Source of the DNA: Shigella phage Ag3
Sequence record: FJ373894
Direction: 5' to 3' (one strand)
Length of the DNA: 64,000 nucleotides
The position numbers and the translations under genes are program-made. Below are positions 48,275-57,957 of the stretch, piece after piece. Each line of letters begins with the position of its first letter. The first letter of the stretch is position 1. The notes under the pieces were generated by a model. That model did no database searches. It was not told where the DNA came from and saw nothing but the letters and a program-made list of their open reading frames with translations.

Positions 48275-48733
48275 ATGCCAACCTCCAAATTGTTTGAATC
48301 AGAATACACCAATGACATCCCCGTATGGACTGGTGTTCAAGACGGTATCACGATTGAGCTGTTTGATCGTGAAGAGACGGGCGCGGAAGAGATCTATGCA
48401 GGCGTTGAAGGCACTGATGTTGTCCGCGCCGCCGTAGCCCTTGCCACCTTCCTGGAAGATGCGCCGATTGATGGTGTGCCGTTCGAGGCGCACGTAGATC
48501 CCGAGGATCCAACGTCTATTATCATCACGGTGAATGGAGTGCCATACACTTCGTACAGCATCGAGACGGACGAAGAGGGCAGCGGAGCGCTGTATATTGC
48601 CACTGACCTGCAGCTGGAAGACGATGAGATGGATTATCTGATTCAGAATGGGGTACTGCCACCGTTCACAGATGAAGACCTGGACACAGAACTGGCCGCC
48701 GTCGGTGACGATGACGACTTCTGGGAAGAATAA
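48275..48733 (+). CDS. highly acidic protein (152 aa)
   Basis: GAGGAA RBS; about 30 percent Asp/Glu; two CTAAATACCCCAT motifs upstream. Confidence 0.6.
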   Translation: MPTSKLFESEYTNDIPVWTGVQDGITIELFDREETGAEEIYAGVEGTDVVRAAVALATFLEDAPIDGVPFEAHVDPEDPTSIIITVNGVPYTSYSIETDEEGSGALYIATDLQLEDDEMDYLIQNGVLPPFTDEDLDTELAAVGDDDDFWEE

Positions 48734-48736
48734 CAA

Positions 48737-48763
48737 AAAGGGGCATTAAGCCCCTTTCTTTTA
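48737..48763. terminator. bidirectional terminator between convergent genes
   Basis: AAAGGGGC-ATTAA-GCCCCTTT then CTTTT; A-run on other side. Confidence 0.65.
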
Positions 48764-49132
48764 GAACTCGCCCGTGTGGGCTGTGAATCTCATGGTAACG
48801 GTTTCGGTTCGCTCATCCTTTCGGAATTCGAATTTCAGACCTTCCTGGAGCATCCTTTCTCCCAGCAACTTCTTGAACTTTTTCATTTCGTGCTCTGACG
48901 GATAATGAGGACATCTGTAAGCCTGGTGGAATGCCGTGAACATATTGTCAAAGGTATACCCGCAAACGACGTATGCCATATCGTCAATTTCAACGCCTCG
49001 TGACGCCTCGAGCATAAGGGCTTTCTTCACTTCTTTGACAAAGATGTCGACAGCCTTTTCAACTTTGCTCATAGCATTCCAGGCCTGAGCCTGGGTTATG
49101 GTTGCTTGTAGTTCCTGTGCGAAGTTGCTCAT
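48761..49132 (-). CDS. hypothetical protein (123 aa)
   Basis: ORF track. Confidence 0.5.
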   Translation of the reverse strand: MSNFAQELQATITQAQAWNAMSKVEKAVDIFVKEVKKALMLEASRGVEIDDMAYVVCGYTFDNMFTAFHQAYRCPHYPSEHEMKKFKKLLGERMLQEGLKFEFRKDERTETVTMRFTAHTGEF

Positions 49133-49515
49133 TTCACTTCTCCTTCACGGTAGTCCGGGTGCACCACAGAGTTCTTCGCCTGACCATTCAAGAACTCTTC
49201 CACGATTTGTTTGGCTTCTGCAATGGAAGAAGCGCGCTTGTTCAACACACGCCATTCGAATCCCCAGCGCCCGTCTTCTTTCTGATCCCATTTGGCGATG
49301 TGAAGTTTAATGACGAGATCAGTCGCGTTTCGGTGAACAGACGGCTCATAGCTTTCTTCGTGGGACATATAGGCCGCACAAGCGCCGTTCTTGTACTCAG
49401 CTGCTGGCCATGCGCGGCGCTCAAAGGAGCGATAACGCCCCGTTGGTTCAGGGGCGACACGCCAGGTCAATTTGATCTTGGCTTCCAAACGAGCAGGAGT
49501 TTTGGGCATAGTCAT
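49129..49515 (-). CDS. hypothetical protein (128 aa)
   Basis: ORF track; AAGGA RBS. Confidence 0.5.
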   Translation of the reverse strand: MTMPKTPARLEAKIKLTWRVAPEPTGRYRSFERRAWPAAEYKNGACAAYMSHEESYEPSVHRNATDLVIKLHIAKWDQKEDGRWGFEWRVLNKRASSIAEAKQIVEEFLNGQAKNSVVHPDYREGEVK

Positions 49516-49563
49516 GATATAGTCCTTCAGTTCAAAGTAAGCCCCCGAAGGGGCTTGGTCATA

Positions 49564-50121
49564 TTAAAGACGGGAATCCAGCCAGGCGTTCTTTTCGTTC
49601 TGCCACTCCCAAGCGGCCTGACCGCCTGCCATGATCACTTCCAGGGAAGGAGTATTGTCGTCCTCGCCGCCGTGAAGGTCAGGGTCGAAGCCGTCGTCTT
49701 CAGGATCGTCTTCGCACTCATTCTGATAAGCGGAATATTCGATGTAATGGGCTTCGGCTTCACAATCCATGTCACCCAGAGCTTCCTCGAGGGACATTTT
49801 ACCTTCGGCGATCAGTTCGGCAGTCGCGTCGTCCAGGCCTGCGTCTTTCGCTTCAACGAACAGTTCGTGACGTTTCTGGAAGAAAAAGAACTGCATGGCT
49901 TCAATGCGTGAGTCGAAGAACTCTTGGCGAGGAGCAGTGATTTCACGACCATCAACCTTGCTTACCATCACGACGCGAGAACCGTACTCAACCAGGAAGC
50001 GGCCACCTTTCACTGGGTTGGAACCGTCAATTGTGCCCAGAGTGGTGATTGCGCGGCCTTCTTCAGTCCCGAACATTACGGTTTTGCCTGATTTGGACTG
50101 AGCGATAATCTCGATTGCCAT
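49564..50121 (-). CDS. hypothetical protein (about 185 aa)
   Basis: ORF track 49564..50301; internal ATG at 50121 with AAGGAAATACATC RBS. Confidence 0.5.
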   Translation of the reverse strand: MAIEIIAQSKSGKTVMFGTEEGRAITTLGTIDGSNPVKGGRFLVEYGSRVVMVSKVDGREITAPRQEFFDSRIEAMQFFFFQKRHELFVEAKDAGLDDATAELIAEGKMSLEEALGDMDCEAEAHYIEYSAYQNECEDDPEDDGFDPDLHGGEDDNTPSLEVIMAGGQAAWEWQNEKNAWLDSRL

Positions 50122-50182
50122 GATGTATTTCCTTCTCTTCAGATTGTTGTTTGTTCGTACTACAATTAGAAGTATACGCCAG

Positions 50183-50212
50183 TTATTGAAGAAGTAAACT
50201 TTATTCAATAAA
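50183..50212. promoter_or_regulatory. inverted repeat TTATTGAAGAAG...TTATTCAATAA
   Basis: Both orientations of the TTCAATAA half-site within 30 nt. Confidence 0.35.
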
Positions 50213-50216
50213 TATT

Positions 50217-50429
50217 TTAATAAATTTTGAACTCTGCTCCCTTGTACGTCGCCGACCCTCGTTCTATGAGACCGTCTGGGACAATCACCTTTGTCGGCCA
50301 ACCGCCATCGGGAGCCTTAACAGTCAGGCGTGTCTTGTGATCACCCAGCTGTGTCTGTTCATAGATCCTTCCGCGCACTATCGTCGCCCCGCCCTGGGTG
50401 ACGAGCAATCTCTTGTTTACCACTTTCAT
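50217..50429 (-). CDS. hypothetical protein (70 aa)
   Basis: ORF track. Confidence 0.4.
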   Translation of the reverse strand: MKVVNKRLLVTQGGATIVRGRIYEQTQLGDHKTRLTVKAPDGGWPTKVIVPDGLIERGSATYKGAEFKIY

Positions 50430-50471
50430 TCCCTAAACACCAAAAGAAAGGGGAGTTTCCTCCCCTTGAAC

Positions 50472-51062
50472 TTATTTCTTCAGATCAGGCCACGCACCAG
50501 AGGTCGCAGTAGACCCAGCTGGGGGAGCAGACTCAAGATCGGGAGCACCCGACTGAGTAACAACAGTGGGATCTTTTTGTACGACCCTGACCCCAAACTG
50601 CTTGAGAGCATCCACAGCCTGGGCTTTTCGCCCGTTGCTTTTGTAGTGGTTGTAGCCTTTGATACCGAATGATGCACTAATTGCTGTCAATAATGAATAG
50701 GTATACCATTCAGGTGCGGTATCGAGCGCCTGGAGGCCACCGATTACTGCTTTGATGAAATCCCCTTTATGATACTCACCAGGGAACAAAATCAGTTCCA
50801 CAACCGGAGCAGTCATGACGAGGATAGCGGGTACGGCCAACACAATAGTCCAGAATTCGTCTTTCCAAGATCCGCCGACTTCGGTGATCTTAGACAGCTC
50901 CCAATCAGAGGAGGACTTGATGGCCTCCAGCTTGACGTCGTGTTTGGCCTGAACAACTTCCCGCTTATATTGGATCAAATCAGTCCCGAGGTTCCAGAGT
51001 TGCTTGAGCGCCCCTGGGATCATACCAACGAGGGGGATTGCCATAATAAACTCCTTGGTCAA
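50472..51062 (-). CDS. membrane protein (196 aa)
   Basis: ORF track; several hydrophobic segments. Confidence 0.5.
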   Translation of the reverse strand: MTKEFIMAIPLVGMIPGALKQLWNLGTDLIQYKREVVQAKHDVKLEAIKSSSDWELSKITEVGGSWKDEFWTIVLAVPAILVMTAPVVELILFPGEYHKGDFIKAVIGGLQALDTAPEWYTYSLLTAISASFGIKGYNHYKSNGRKAQAVDALKQFGVRVVQKDPTVVTQSGAPDLESAPPAGSTATSGAWPDLKK

Positions 51063-51123
51063 TGAATGGCTCTATGGTTAAATATGCCCACGTGCTAACG
51101 GCACGGATAACCTGGAGAATTAC

Positions 51124-54123
51124 ATGACCGTCTTCTATACGAACGTTGCCCGCCGGGGCAATGACCTGTTGATTCGAATCGCAGATGACATGGGTAATCG
51201 CCGTCTGTTGAAAAAGAAATTCGAACCCACTCTCTATTTACCCACGGCTGATTATTCAAATGTTGAAAAGGTCGGCTTGCTCAACGAACCCCTGGTCTCC
51301 AAGAAGTTCCCTGACATGCGCACTGCCGACAACTACCTTGAGGAGTATAAGGAAGTCCAGGGCGCGGCCATCTATGGACAGACGGATTATGCATACCAGT
51401 TCATCGCCCACAGTTTCCCTGGAAAGATTGAGCCGGATTACTCCAACATCCATATTGCTAACCTCGATATCGAAGTGTTCACCGCTGGGTGGAAAGACGG
51501 GGAGATGACCAAGGGTCCATTCCCTCATCCGACTATTGAGCAGCAGACGTTCAAAGGTAGCGAGGCACGCATCCGCCGCTTCCATCAGCAGGTACTGGCT
51601 AACCATGACTTCATCCGTGAGCACTTTCCCAGTTCCTTTATCAGCAACAACGTGACCGACCAGTTCCCTATCATTGATAGCAATGGCAAGATCACCCAGG
51701 ACATGAATGCAGCGTTCCCTATCACGCTCATCCAGCTTCAGGACATGGCGACCAATAAGTTCATGGTGTGGGGTATGCCGTGCGCGAAGGATCGTGCGAA
51801 GTTCAGATACGATCCAGAAGACGCGGAGATCGGTGGACTTGAGGTGGAGTACAAGGAGTTTGTCACCGAGCAGGATCTGCTGCGATCTTTCCTTGACTTC
51901 TGGTCACAGCGTCAGTTTGATGGCTGGACAGGCTGGAACATTGAAACGTTCGATAGCCCGTATCTTGTTGAGCGCATGAACCAGGTTCTGGGCGAAGCCG
52001 AAACATCGCGCCTCAGTCCTTGGGGTATCATCAAGAAGCGTATCATTCGCGATAAGAAGGGCGATATCACGACGTATCAGTTCGTGGGCTGTCCTATGCT
52101 CGATTATATGCAGATCTACAAGAAGCACACGTACACCACCCGTGAGCGGTACTCTCTTGATTGGATTGCTTACTGTGAGCTGGGTGAGAAGAAGATGGAC
52201 TACAGTGAGAGCAAGTCGCTCTTTGACCTGTACTTCAACGACTATGCCAAACACACCCGATATGGTATCAAGGACGTCAAGCTGGTATGGCGTCTTGAGC
52301 AGAAGCTGCGTTTGCTTCAGCTGATGTTCGTCCTTGCGTACCGCACCAAGTCCAACTATGAAGACGGCCTGGGTACAGTGGCTCCGTGGCTGGCCATGTG
52401 CTACTATCGTCTGTATGAGAAGGGGATAGTGCCTAAGATCCAGCGTGTATACGATGGTCCGACCGATTTTGAGGGCGCATACGTCATGGAGGTGACACCA
52501 GGAATCTACTTCTGGGTCTTCTCTGAGGACTTGAACTCCCTCTACCCTCACATCATCCAGCAATACAACCTCGGTCCTGAGACTATCGTTGGCGACAAAC
52601 ACCAGCGCCGTGAGATCATTGAGGCTATGTGTGAAGAGCTGGCTACTCAGATGAATAACATGGCAACGCCGATGCACAAACGTCGGTTGATGAAAGCCCT
52701 TCACGACAAACTGTTGCGTGCGATTGACGAACGCCTGCAGGTTGTTGATGAACTGGTTGCCCTGGGTGAGTTCCACTTTGAAACCCTGCGCCGCTACAAC
52801 GTGTCCTTCACGCCGAACGTTCAGTTCTTCAGCAACGAGAAGATGTCGTTCCTGTCTGAAATCATGCGCGGTATCTACAGTGACCGTAAAGTAGAGAAGG
52901 CCAAGGGGCTGAAGTACGAGCAGTGGGCTGGTTGGTGTAAAGAGATGGCGAAGGGTGACTTCCATCTTGAGTCTGCGATGAAGTCCCGCTACTACGATCC
53001 AGAGTGGTATGAAGAGCACAAGAACATTGATCTTGATGCACTGACCGAAGTGATGAAGAAGTGGGAAGATCTGGGCGTTGCTCAAGACACCCTACAGCAA
53101 GGTCTGAAGATCTTGATGAACGCAGGTTATGGCGCGATCTCAAACGTCTGGTTCAAAGAGTACTTCAACCTCAACATCGCCGAAGCCATCACCACATCTG
53201 GCCAGCTGATCAACAAATGGAACAAGCGTTACACCGATGATTACCTGAACAAGCTGTGTGGTACGACAGGCCAGGACTTCGTCATCGCGGGTGATACCGA
53301 CTCCAACTACATCTGCATTGAGCGTCTTGTCAAGCAGTTGTGGCCTGATGTTACTGACCATCATGCTATGGTTGATAATATCGACCAATGGATCAAAGAC
53401 AACTACCAGCCGAAGACCAATGAGTGGGCACAGCTTCTGTGTAACACCATGAACGGATTTGAACAGCGCATGGTGTGGGAGCGTGAAGTAATTGCATCAG
53501 CTGCCGTCTGGCGAGCCAAGAAGATGTATGCCATGGCCGTGTACGACAGTGAGGGTATCAAGTACGAGAAGCCGAAGATCAAGTTCAAAGGTCTGGAAGC
53601 CCGTAAGTCCACCACGCCGGAATGGTGTCGTGAGCGTCTTGTTAAGTGCTATGAGAAGATCCTACTCGGCACAGAAGAGGAAGTACAGACGCTCATCTCC
53701 CAGTACAAAGAGGAGTACATGAAGCTCTCTGTAGACGATATCGCCAAGGCGTCAGGCGTGTCCGACATAGAGAAGTGTGTGGCCGCCGACGGCTCGTTCA
53801 TCTCTGGTGCTCACTATGCTGCCAAGGCATGTGTGGGTTACAACCGCATGGTAGAGAAGAACGAAGACCTCGGCCTGCCGATGATTGAGTCGGGTGATAA
53901 GGTCAACATGGTACTGCTGAAGAATGGCAACCCGTTTGGCCAGAATTACTTCGCATATCCTGAGTTCTTCCCCGAGGAACTGGGTATGGGTAAATGGGTG
54001 GATTACCATACAGCCTTTGAGAAGTCCTTCATCGACCCGATTCAGTCCATCCTTGACGTGGTCGGCTGGTCGCACAAGCGTCGTGTGAACCTTCTTGCCA
54101 TGATGCAAAAGAAGAAAGGTTGA
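51124..54123 (+). CDS. DNA polymerase, family B (T4 gp43-like)
   Basis: FTGWNIETFD exo motif, SLYPHII, VIAGDTDS; 999 aa; GGAG RBS. Confidence 0.95.
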   Translation: MTVFYTNVARRGNDLLIRIADDMGNRRLLKKKFEPTLYLPTADYSNVEKVGLLNEPLVSKKFPDMRTADNYLEEYKEVQGAAIYGQTDYAYQFIAHSFPGKIEPDYSNIHIANLDIEVFTAGWKDGEMTKGPFPHPTIEQQTFKGSEARIRRFHQQVLANHDFIREHFPSSFISNNVTDQFPIIDSNGKITQDMNAAFPITLIQLQDMATNKFMVWGMPCAKDRAKFRYDPEDAEIGGLEVEYKEFVTEQDLLRSFLDFWSQRQFDGWTGWNIETFDSPYLVERMNQVLGEAETSRLSPWGIIKKRIIRDKKGDITTYQFVGCPMLDYMQIYKKHTYTTRERYSLDWIAYCELGEKKMDYSESKSLFDLYFNDYAKHTRYGIKDVKLVWRLEQKLRLLQLMFVLAYRTKSNYEDGLGTVAPWLAMCYYRLYEKGIVPKIQRVYDGPTDFEGAYVMEVTPGIYFWVFSEDLNSLYPHIIQQYNLGPETIVGDKHQRREIIEAMCEELATQMNNMATPMHKRRLMKALHDKLLRAIDERLQVVDELVALGEFHFETLRRYNVSFTPNVQFFSNEKMSFLSEIMRGIYSDRKVEKAKGLKYEQWAGWCKEMAKGDFHLESAMKSRYYDPEWYEEHKNIDLDALTEVMKKWEDLGVAQDTLQQGLKILMNAGYGAISNVWFKEYFNLNIAEAITTSGQLINKWNKRYTDDYLNKLCGTTGQDFVIAGDTDSNYICIERLVKQLWPDVTDHHAMVDNIDQWIKDNYQPKTNEWAQLLCNTMNGFEQRMVWEREVIASAAVWRAKKMYAMAVYDSEGIKYEKPKIKFKGLEARKSTTPEWCRERLVKCYEKILLGTEEEVQTLISQYKEEYMKLSVDDIAKASGVSDIEKCVAADGSFISGAHYAAKACVGYNRMVEKNEDLGLPMIESGDKVNMVLLKNGNPFGQNYFAYPEFFPEELGMGKWVDYHTAFEKSFIDPIQSILDVVGWSHKRRVNLLAMMQKKKG

Positions 54124-54176
54124 TTCAATAAACCAAAGGGGGATATAATTCCCCCTGTTAACCCTTTGACAAACAG

Positions 54177-54527
54177 GTGATTGAAATGAAACTCAATAAG
54201 ATTCTTCTGGTGTGCGCTCTGGCTTTCTCTACCACTGCATGCTCCACCCTTCTGGACGTTGCGTCTACTGTAGACCTTGACGCTCCGTCGTTCACCAATG
54301 AACAAGCCGTGTCTAAGATGGAAGATACCATCAAGGCTCATGCCGCTCTTGACAACACCACTCCTGGTCCATTACAGACCGTCTGCAACTATGACGATTC
54401 CATCCAGGAAGACGAAACCTACCACTGCACCACCTACGTGAAGCAGGCCTCTGTCGTACTGTATGCTGACTGCACCGAAGAGCAGTGCGTTGCCACAGGC
54501 TATGACAAAGTGGAGAAAGATCAATGA
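54177..54527 (+). CDS. putative lipoprotein (116 aa)
   Basis: Signal peptide MKLNKILLVCALAFSTTAC. Confidence 0.5.
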   Translation: MIEMKLNKILLVCALAFSTTACSTLLDVASTVDLDAPSFTNEQAVSKMEDTIKAHAALDNTTPGPLQTVCNYDDSIQEDETYHCTTYVKQASVVLYADCTEEQCVATGYDKVEKDQ

Positions 54528-55303
54528 ACAACCTGGTCTGTCTTTACGACGCAAACACGAAGGTCGGCGGCCTGTATCGCGTCCTGGTGGATGTTGATCT
54601 GACGTTGGTCGATAGCCTGTCCCCTTGGGTTCAGTGGTTCAATGAAGAGAACATCGCCGCCGCTGCTATCGCTACGGGGGAACATAAGTCATATCAGTTC
54701 CAGCCGATCACCAAAGAGTGTTATATGGCTCATGCTGGCGACCTGGCTATTCTGATGCGCGAACGTGCACATCCGGCGTGGTTGATACGCCGCGTGTACC
54801 TCGCTGGGCAATGGATGTATGCTCCTACAGGGCGTGATCCTATGGATTGGTGGCGTCGCCCCGATCTGTATGCCAAGATGAACCCGCTTCCTGGTGCTTA
54901 CGAGTTCCTGGTGAATCTGAAGAAGATTCTGCTCGAAGACTTTGACAATGTTGAATTCATCGCAGTGTCCAAGTGTGAGCCGGAACACGAGCGCAGCAAG
55001 CGCCAGTTTGTCTACGACAAGTTCCCTGGTATCTTCAACGGATTTGTCAGTACTGACGAAAAGCATCTGCTGGCAGGCGATGTCCTGATTGATGACAATC
55101 CGAAGTATGTTGAGCCGTGCGGCCTGAACAACATCTTCGTCATCTTTGTTCCTCAGGGCAATTATGAAAAACTGGATCTTTCGAATTCGGAAGATATGCT
55201 TTATATTAAACCAGTAGAAGGCCAGAACCACTTCGACTTCCTGAACCGCAATATTGTCGAAGTGGTGAATCGCCTGATTGGTCATTATCAATACGTCCGA
55301 TAG
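54524..55303 (+). CDS. HAD-superfamily 5'(3')-deoxyribonucleotidase-like phosphatase
   Basis: VLVDVDLTLVD (DxDxT) and DVLIDDNP motifs. Confidence 0.55.
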   Translation: MNNLVCLYDANTKVGGLYRVLVDVDLTLVDSLSPWVQWFNEENIAAAAIATGEHKSYQFQPITKECYMAHAGDLAILMRERAHPAWLIRRVYLAGQWMYAPTGRDPMDWWRRPDLYAKMNPLPGAYEFLVNLKKILLEDFDNVEFIAVSKCEPEHERSKRQFVYDKFPGIFNGFVSTDEKHLLAGDVLIDDNPKYVEPCGLNNIFVIFVPQGNYEKLDLSNSEDMLYIKPVEGQNHFDFLNRNIVEVVNRLIGHYQYVR

Positions 55304-55312
55304 GAGGACATC

Positions 55313-55618
55313 GTGCAAGAACAATCCAAGTTTGGGGAAACCCCAGACAAGCGTTCCGGTGATAGCGATATGGATGGCGTGATTATCCATGTCAACAACT
55401 TTATTCGCCAGCAGGAGACTCCGACTCCTATCGGCGCAGCCAAGGCTCTCCATGACGTACTGGTGGAGATCGGTCAGCGCTCTGAAGCGGATGAAATCTT
55501 CTATAACTTCGACGACCAGTATAAAGTGAAGTTTGAAGAGAATGGTCGTCCGCAGGTTGCTGTATTCTGGGCACCTTGGATGGGCGGCGTGAGCTGGCGT
55601 ATTGAGGATGCTATGTAA
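55313..55618 (+). CDS. hypothetical protein (101 aa)
   Basis: AGGAGGA RBS. Confidence 0.45.
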   Translation: MQEQSKFGETPDKRSGDSDMDGVIIHVNNFIRQQETPTPIGAAKALHDVLVEIGQRSEADEIFYNFDDQYKVKFEENGRPQVAVFWAPWMGGVSWRIEDAM

Positions 55619-56304
55619 TGCTGTCGCTCTACCTGATCACGAATCTCGTCAATCATAAATTCTATATCGGTGTCACTTCAGAACCGGATAGGCGGTTGGC
55701 TGAGCATAAGTGTGGTCAGGGGAGCATTGCATTACAACGAGCGTTCAAGAAATATGGTGAAGACCAGTTCACGTTTGAAGTTCTGTTCCGAGGGAAGGAA
55801 TCAGTTATCCTTGAGATAGAGTCTGAACTGGTCTGTCAGGAGATCCTTGACTCTGGGTGGTGCTACAATATGGTCGTCGGTGGTGGGAAGCCTCCATTGG
55901 CCACGCCTGATTCATCCGCAAAGAGTGCTGCAACCCGCAAACGTTTGATCGCTGAGGGTAAGATCAAGCCACCTCCCCGCATATCGGCTGAGTCACAAAG
56001 AAGGGGTGGTGAAACCAGAAGGAAACTGATATCCGAGGGAGTGATAAAGAAGCCATTACCTCCCTCTCCAGAAGCCCAGAGGCGAGCAGGTGAAACAAGG
56101 AAACAGTTGCATGCTCTTGGCCTGATAGACATTGGTCCTGGCCGCGATGAAACGATTTACAAATGGCAGCACAAAGATGGTCGCATTGTTGAGTTAAGAA
56201 GATGCGATATGGAACTTCAATATGGCCTCCCTTCTGGTAATATAACGAATCTCTTGAAAGGTAGGGCTAAAACATGTCTCGGTTGGAGAATAATGAATGG
56301 CTAA
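55618..56304 (+). CDS. GIY-YIG homing endonuclease (Seg/I-TevI-like)
   Basis: LYLITNLVNHKFYIGVTS...RRLAEH matches GIY-YIG; Arg-rich C-terminal repeats. Confidence 0.8.
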   Translation: MLSLYLITNLVNHKFYIGVTSEPDRRLAEHKCGQGSIALQRAFKKYGEDQFTFEVLFRGKESVILEIESELVCQEILDSGWCYNMVVGGGKPPLATPDSSAKSAATRKRLIAEGKIKPPPRISAESQRRGGETRRKLISEGVIKKPLPPSPEAQRRAGETRKQLHALGLIDIGPGRDETIYKWQHKDGRIVELRRCDMELQYGLPSGNITNLLKGRAKTCLGWRIMNG

Positions 56305-57214
56305 AATAATTGTAGTGAAGGGAACAAGTGGCGTGGGCAAGGGTACGAGAGTGGTCCAGTTCATCGAATGGCTCCGTACGAAGCTGGAGCCTACCGAACT
56401 CACCTACACCATTGGTGACAAGACGCGCCCGTTTGGCCTGAAATTCGAAGAGCTGAAGTTAATCTTCGTCGGCCAGTACACTGTGTCCAACAAATCTGGC
56501 CTGGCCTCCTGGACTTCCATGGATGCTATTCATGCTACCACAGGCTCGGGTGATATCGCTCGTGATCTGGTCAAAGGCTGGCTGGCCCAGGGTTACACTC
56601 TGGTGTGCGAGGGCGAACCTCTGATGCTGTCGGATAAATGGCGTCCTGAATGGATGTTCAAGAACTATCCGATTGAATCACTGTCACTGCTGTACTTTGC
56701 ATACCCTGACCGCTATCAGTACGATGCCCGCATCCGTGGTCGCTCTGGTAAAGAAGCAGGGGACTCCGGCTGGTCGCGCAACGAATCTTACTCCAAGGAG
56801 TTTGAGAAGTCGAAGGCCGAAATGCTGGCGCTGGGCTTCACTGTGGCTGTTGATGATTACAGCGGACAGGATATCCTGTATAAATCACCGGATGCCAACA
56901 CCCAGGAGTTCCTGACCAGGCAGCAGTCGGAGTTGGCGGTACTGCCGTTCGACGCCCCGCTTTGGGTGGTGGGTAATGCGATTTGTCATCAGATACGCTC
57001 TGAACTGCGCGATGTTGACATGCACACCAAAGACTTCTACGCCTACTGCGAAACCAATCCGATGACCCGTGAGGTCGGTGGCCGGGATCCTTTGGCGCAC
57101 AGAGTCCCTGAGAAGCCGCAGAAGGCATCCAAAACTAAAACCAAGGCGAGCGCCCAGCCAGAAGCACCGAAGGCGGCGTCGCGCTCTCTCCTTGACCTGA
57201 TGAAGAAGGGGTGA
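56297..57214 (+). CDS. P-loop kinase (candidate DNA/nucleotide kinase)
   Basis: Walker A VVKGTSGVGKGT; 305 aa; overlaps endonuclease stop. Confidence 0.6.
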   Translation: MAKIIVVKGTSGVGKGTRVVQFIEWLRTKLEPTELTYTIGDKTRPFGLKFEELKLIFVGQYTVSNKSGLASWTSMDAIHATTGSGDIARDLVKGWLAQGYTLVCEGEPLMLSDKWRPEWMFKNYPIESLSLLYFAYPDRYQYDARIRGRSGKEAGDSGWSRNESYSKEFEKSKAEMLALGFTVAVDDYSGQDILYKSPDANTQEFLTRQQSELAVLPFDAPLWVVGNAICHQIRSELRDVDMHTKDFYAYCETNPMTREVGGRDPLAHRVPEKPQKASKTKTKASAQPEAPKAASRSLLDLMKKG

Positions 57215-57414
57215 TCATGAAACGGTTGTCTAATTATCTGTTATTCGTCGGTCTGGTTATGGCAGCCGTTTCAATGTGCGCTGCCCTAGCCTATCATTTC
57301 ACCCCTCTGGGCTTAACAACCTCAGAGAAGTTGAACGTGACTGTGATGTACTGTATTGGCGCGGTGATGTCTATCGGCGCTGCTGGTTACAAAATATTCA
57401 AGGAACCAAAATGA
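57211..57414 (+). CDS. small membrane protein (67 aa)
   Basis: ORF track; hydrophobic. Confidence 0.4.
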   Translation: MIMKRLSNYLLFVGLVMAAVSMCAALAYHFTPLGLTTSEKLNVTVMYCIGAVMSIGAAGYKIFKEPK

Positions 57415-57791
57415 AAATTCAAATCCCTCGCGATGCTGTGGCTGTCGCAATTGACTACACCGGAAACGCCAAGCACATTACTGCCGTGCGCCTGATTCCT
57501 GAAAAGAACTGCGTGATCCCTCAGTTCCAGCTGAACGCCAACCCGTCGTCCAAAGACTTCGGTCAGTGGCTGCAGGCTGCTCCGTTCCGTACCCAGACGA
57601 ATGCCCAGATGTTCATCTCGGGTAAGACCCACACTGCAGCCCGTCTGTGGTTCGTGACCGCTGACCGTCGCTTTGTCGATATGTGGGAGCGCCCGATGGG
57701 GTTCGTGAAACCAGAAGACATTCAGCTGGCTCCTGAGCCTGAAGTTGTTGCTCCTGCCGAGGAAGCGAAAGATGAAGATCAGGTCGGTTGA
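57411..57791 (+). CDS. hypothetical protein (126 aa)
   Basis: ATG overlaps upstream stop (ATGA); AAGGAA RBS; ORF track gives 57276..57791. Confidence 0.5.
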   Translation: MKIQIPRDAVAVAIDYTGNAKHITAVRLIPEKNCVIPQFQLNANPSSKDFGQWLQAAPFRTQTNAQMFISGKTHTAARLWFVTADRRFVDMWERPMGFVKPEDIQLAPEPEVVAPAEEAKDEDQVG

Positions 57792-57957
57792 TTTTATCTT
57801 CATGATGCTGATGTTCGTTATCTTTACGGTTTCACTCGTCGGTGTCATGGTCACAGAAGGGGTTCCACAACGCCCCTTCCTGGTGATTTGTCCTATATCG
57901 ATCACCACTTTCTTCTATCTGGCGTTCCGTGTTGAACTGGGGACCAAACTCAAATGA
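57772..57957 (+). CDS. small membrane protein
   Basis: ORF track 57745..57957; ATG at 57772 after GGAAG. Confidence 0.35.
   Translation: MKIRSVDFIFMMLMFVIFTVSLVGVMVTEGVPQRPFLVICPISITTFFYLAFRVELGTKLK

Noticed and set aside
51904-53085. 393-aa minus-strand ORF inside the DNA polymerase gene
   Set aside because: Antisense shadow of the polymerase; low-complexity translation.
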